A stretch of DNA of 64,000 bases from Thermodesulfobacteriota bacterium. GTDB lineage: Bacteria; Desulfobacterota_D; UBA1144; Nemesobacterales; Mycalebacteriaceae. A program made the position numbers and the translations under genes. The stretch is taken from assembly GCA_965205855.1 (NCBI GenBank), contig OZ242184.1:896001-960000 (forward strand), read 5' to 3'. This document shows positions 63,134 through 64,000 of this stretch, piece by piece; positions within the stretch are counted from its first letter, which is position 1; every line of letters begins with the position of its first letter. Below the pieces are notes generated by a model that searched no databases, was not told the origin of the DNA, and was given only the letters and a program-made list of their open reading frames with translations.

Positions 63134-64000
<867 letters not shown>

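Overview
This is a gene-dense, moderate-GC bacterial chromosome segment that is mostly housekeeping. It carries ftsH-folP-cdaA-cdaR-glmM-pdxJ-acpS-folC, rpe, glnS, ilvE, der, ybeY, metK-ahcY-xerD-S2P-scpAB, hemB, rpmE2, tRNA-Asn, an RpoH-like sigma factor, rplU-rpmA-alaS, lgt, hisDC, mqnC, rluB, efp, mutL, degP, aroK, ribE, lspA, msrB, greA, carB, an ArsM-like methyltransferase and thiC. Gene content and order look deltaproteobacteria-like; Dadabacteria is a tentative guess, not checked. The main accessory region is a ~9.5 kb defence island (33358-42827) between rplU and thpR. It consists of (i) a tightly coupled mod-hypothetical-res-DUF5131 type III restriction operon whose mod is frameshifted at a G7 tract, (ii) a type II R-M pair with a frameshifted endonuclease plus an IS1380 3' remnant, bracketed by a perfect 164-bp direct repeat, and (iii) a low-GC cassette with an IS1595 3' remnant. 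Each cassette is delimited by a copy of the 3' end of thpR, so foreign DNA appears to have been stacked at one site by repeated insertion with long target duplication. Smaller oddities include a perfect 42-bp palindrome over the rpmE2 promoter, an EF-P with a non-canonical loop, an unannotated 43-aa membrane ORF before lgt, a DnaD-like/DnaC-like gene pair, a bacterial PUR protein and a possibly structured carB leader. All calls come from motif recognition and manual alignment; no searches were run.
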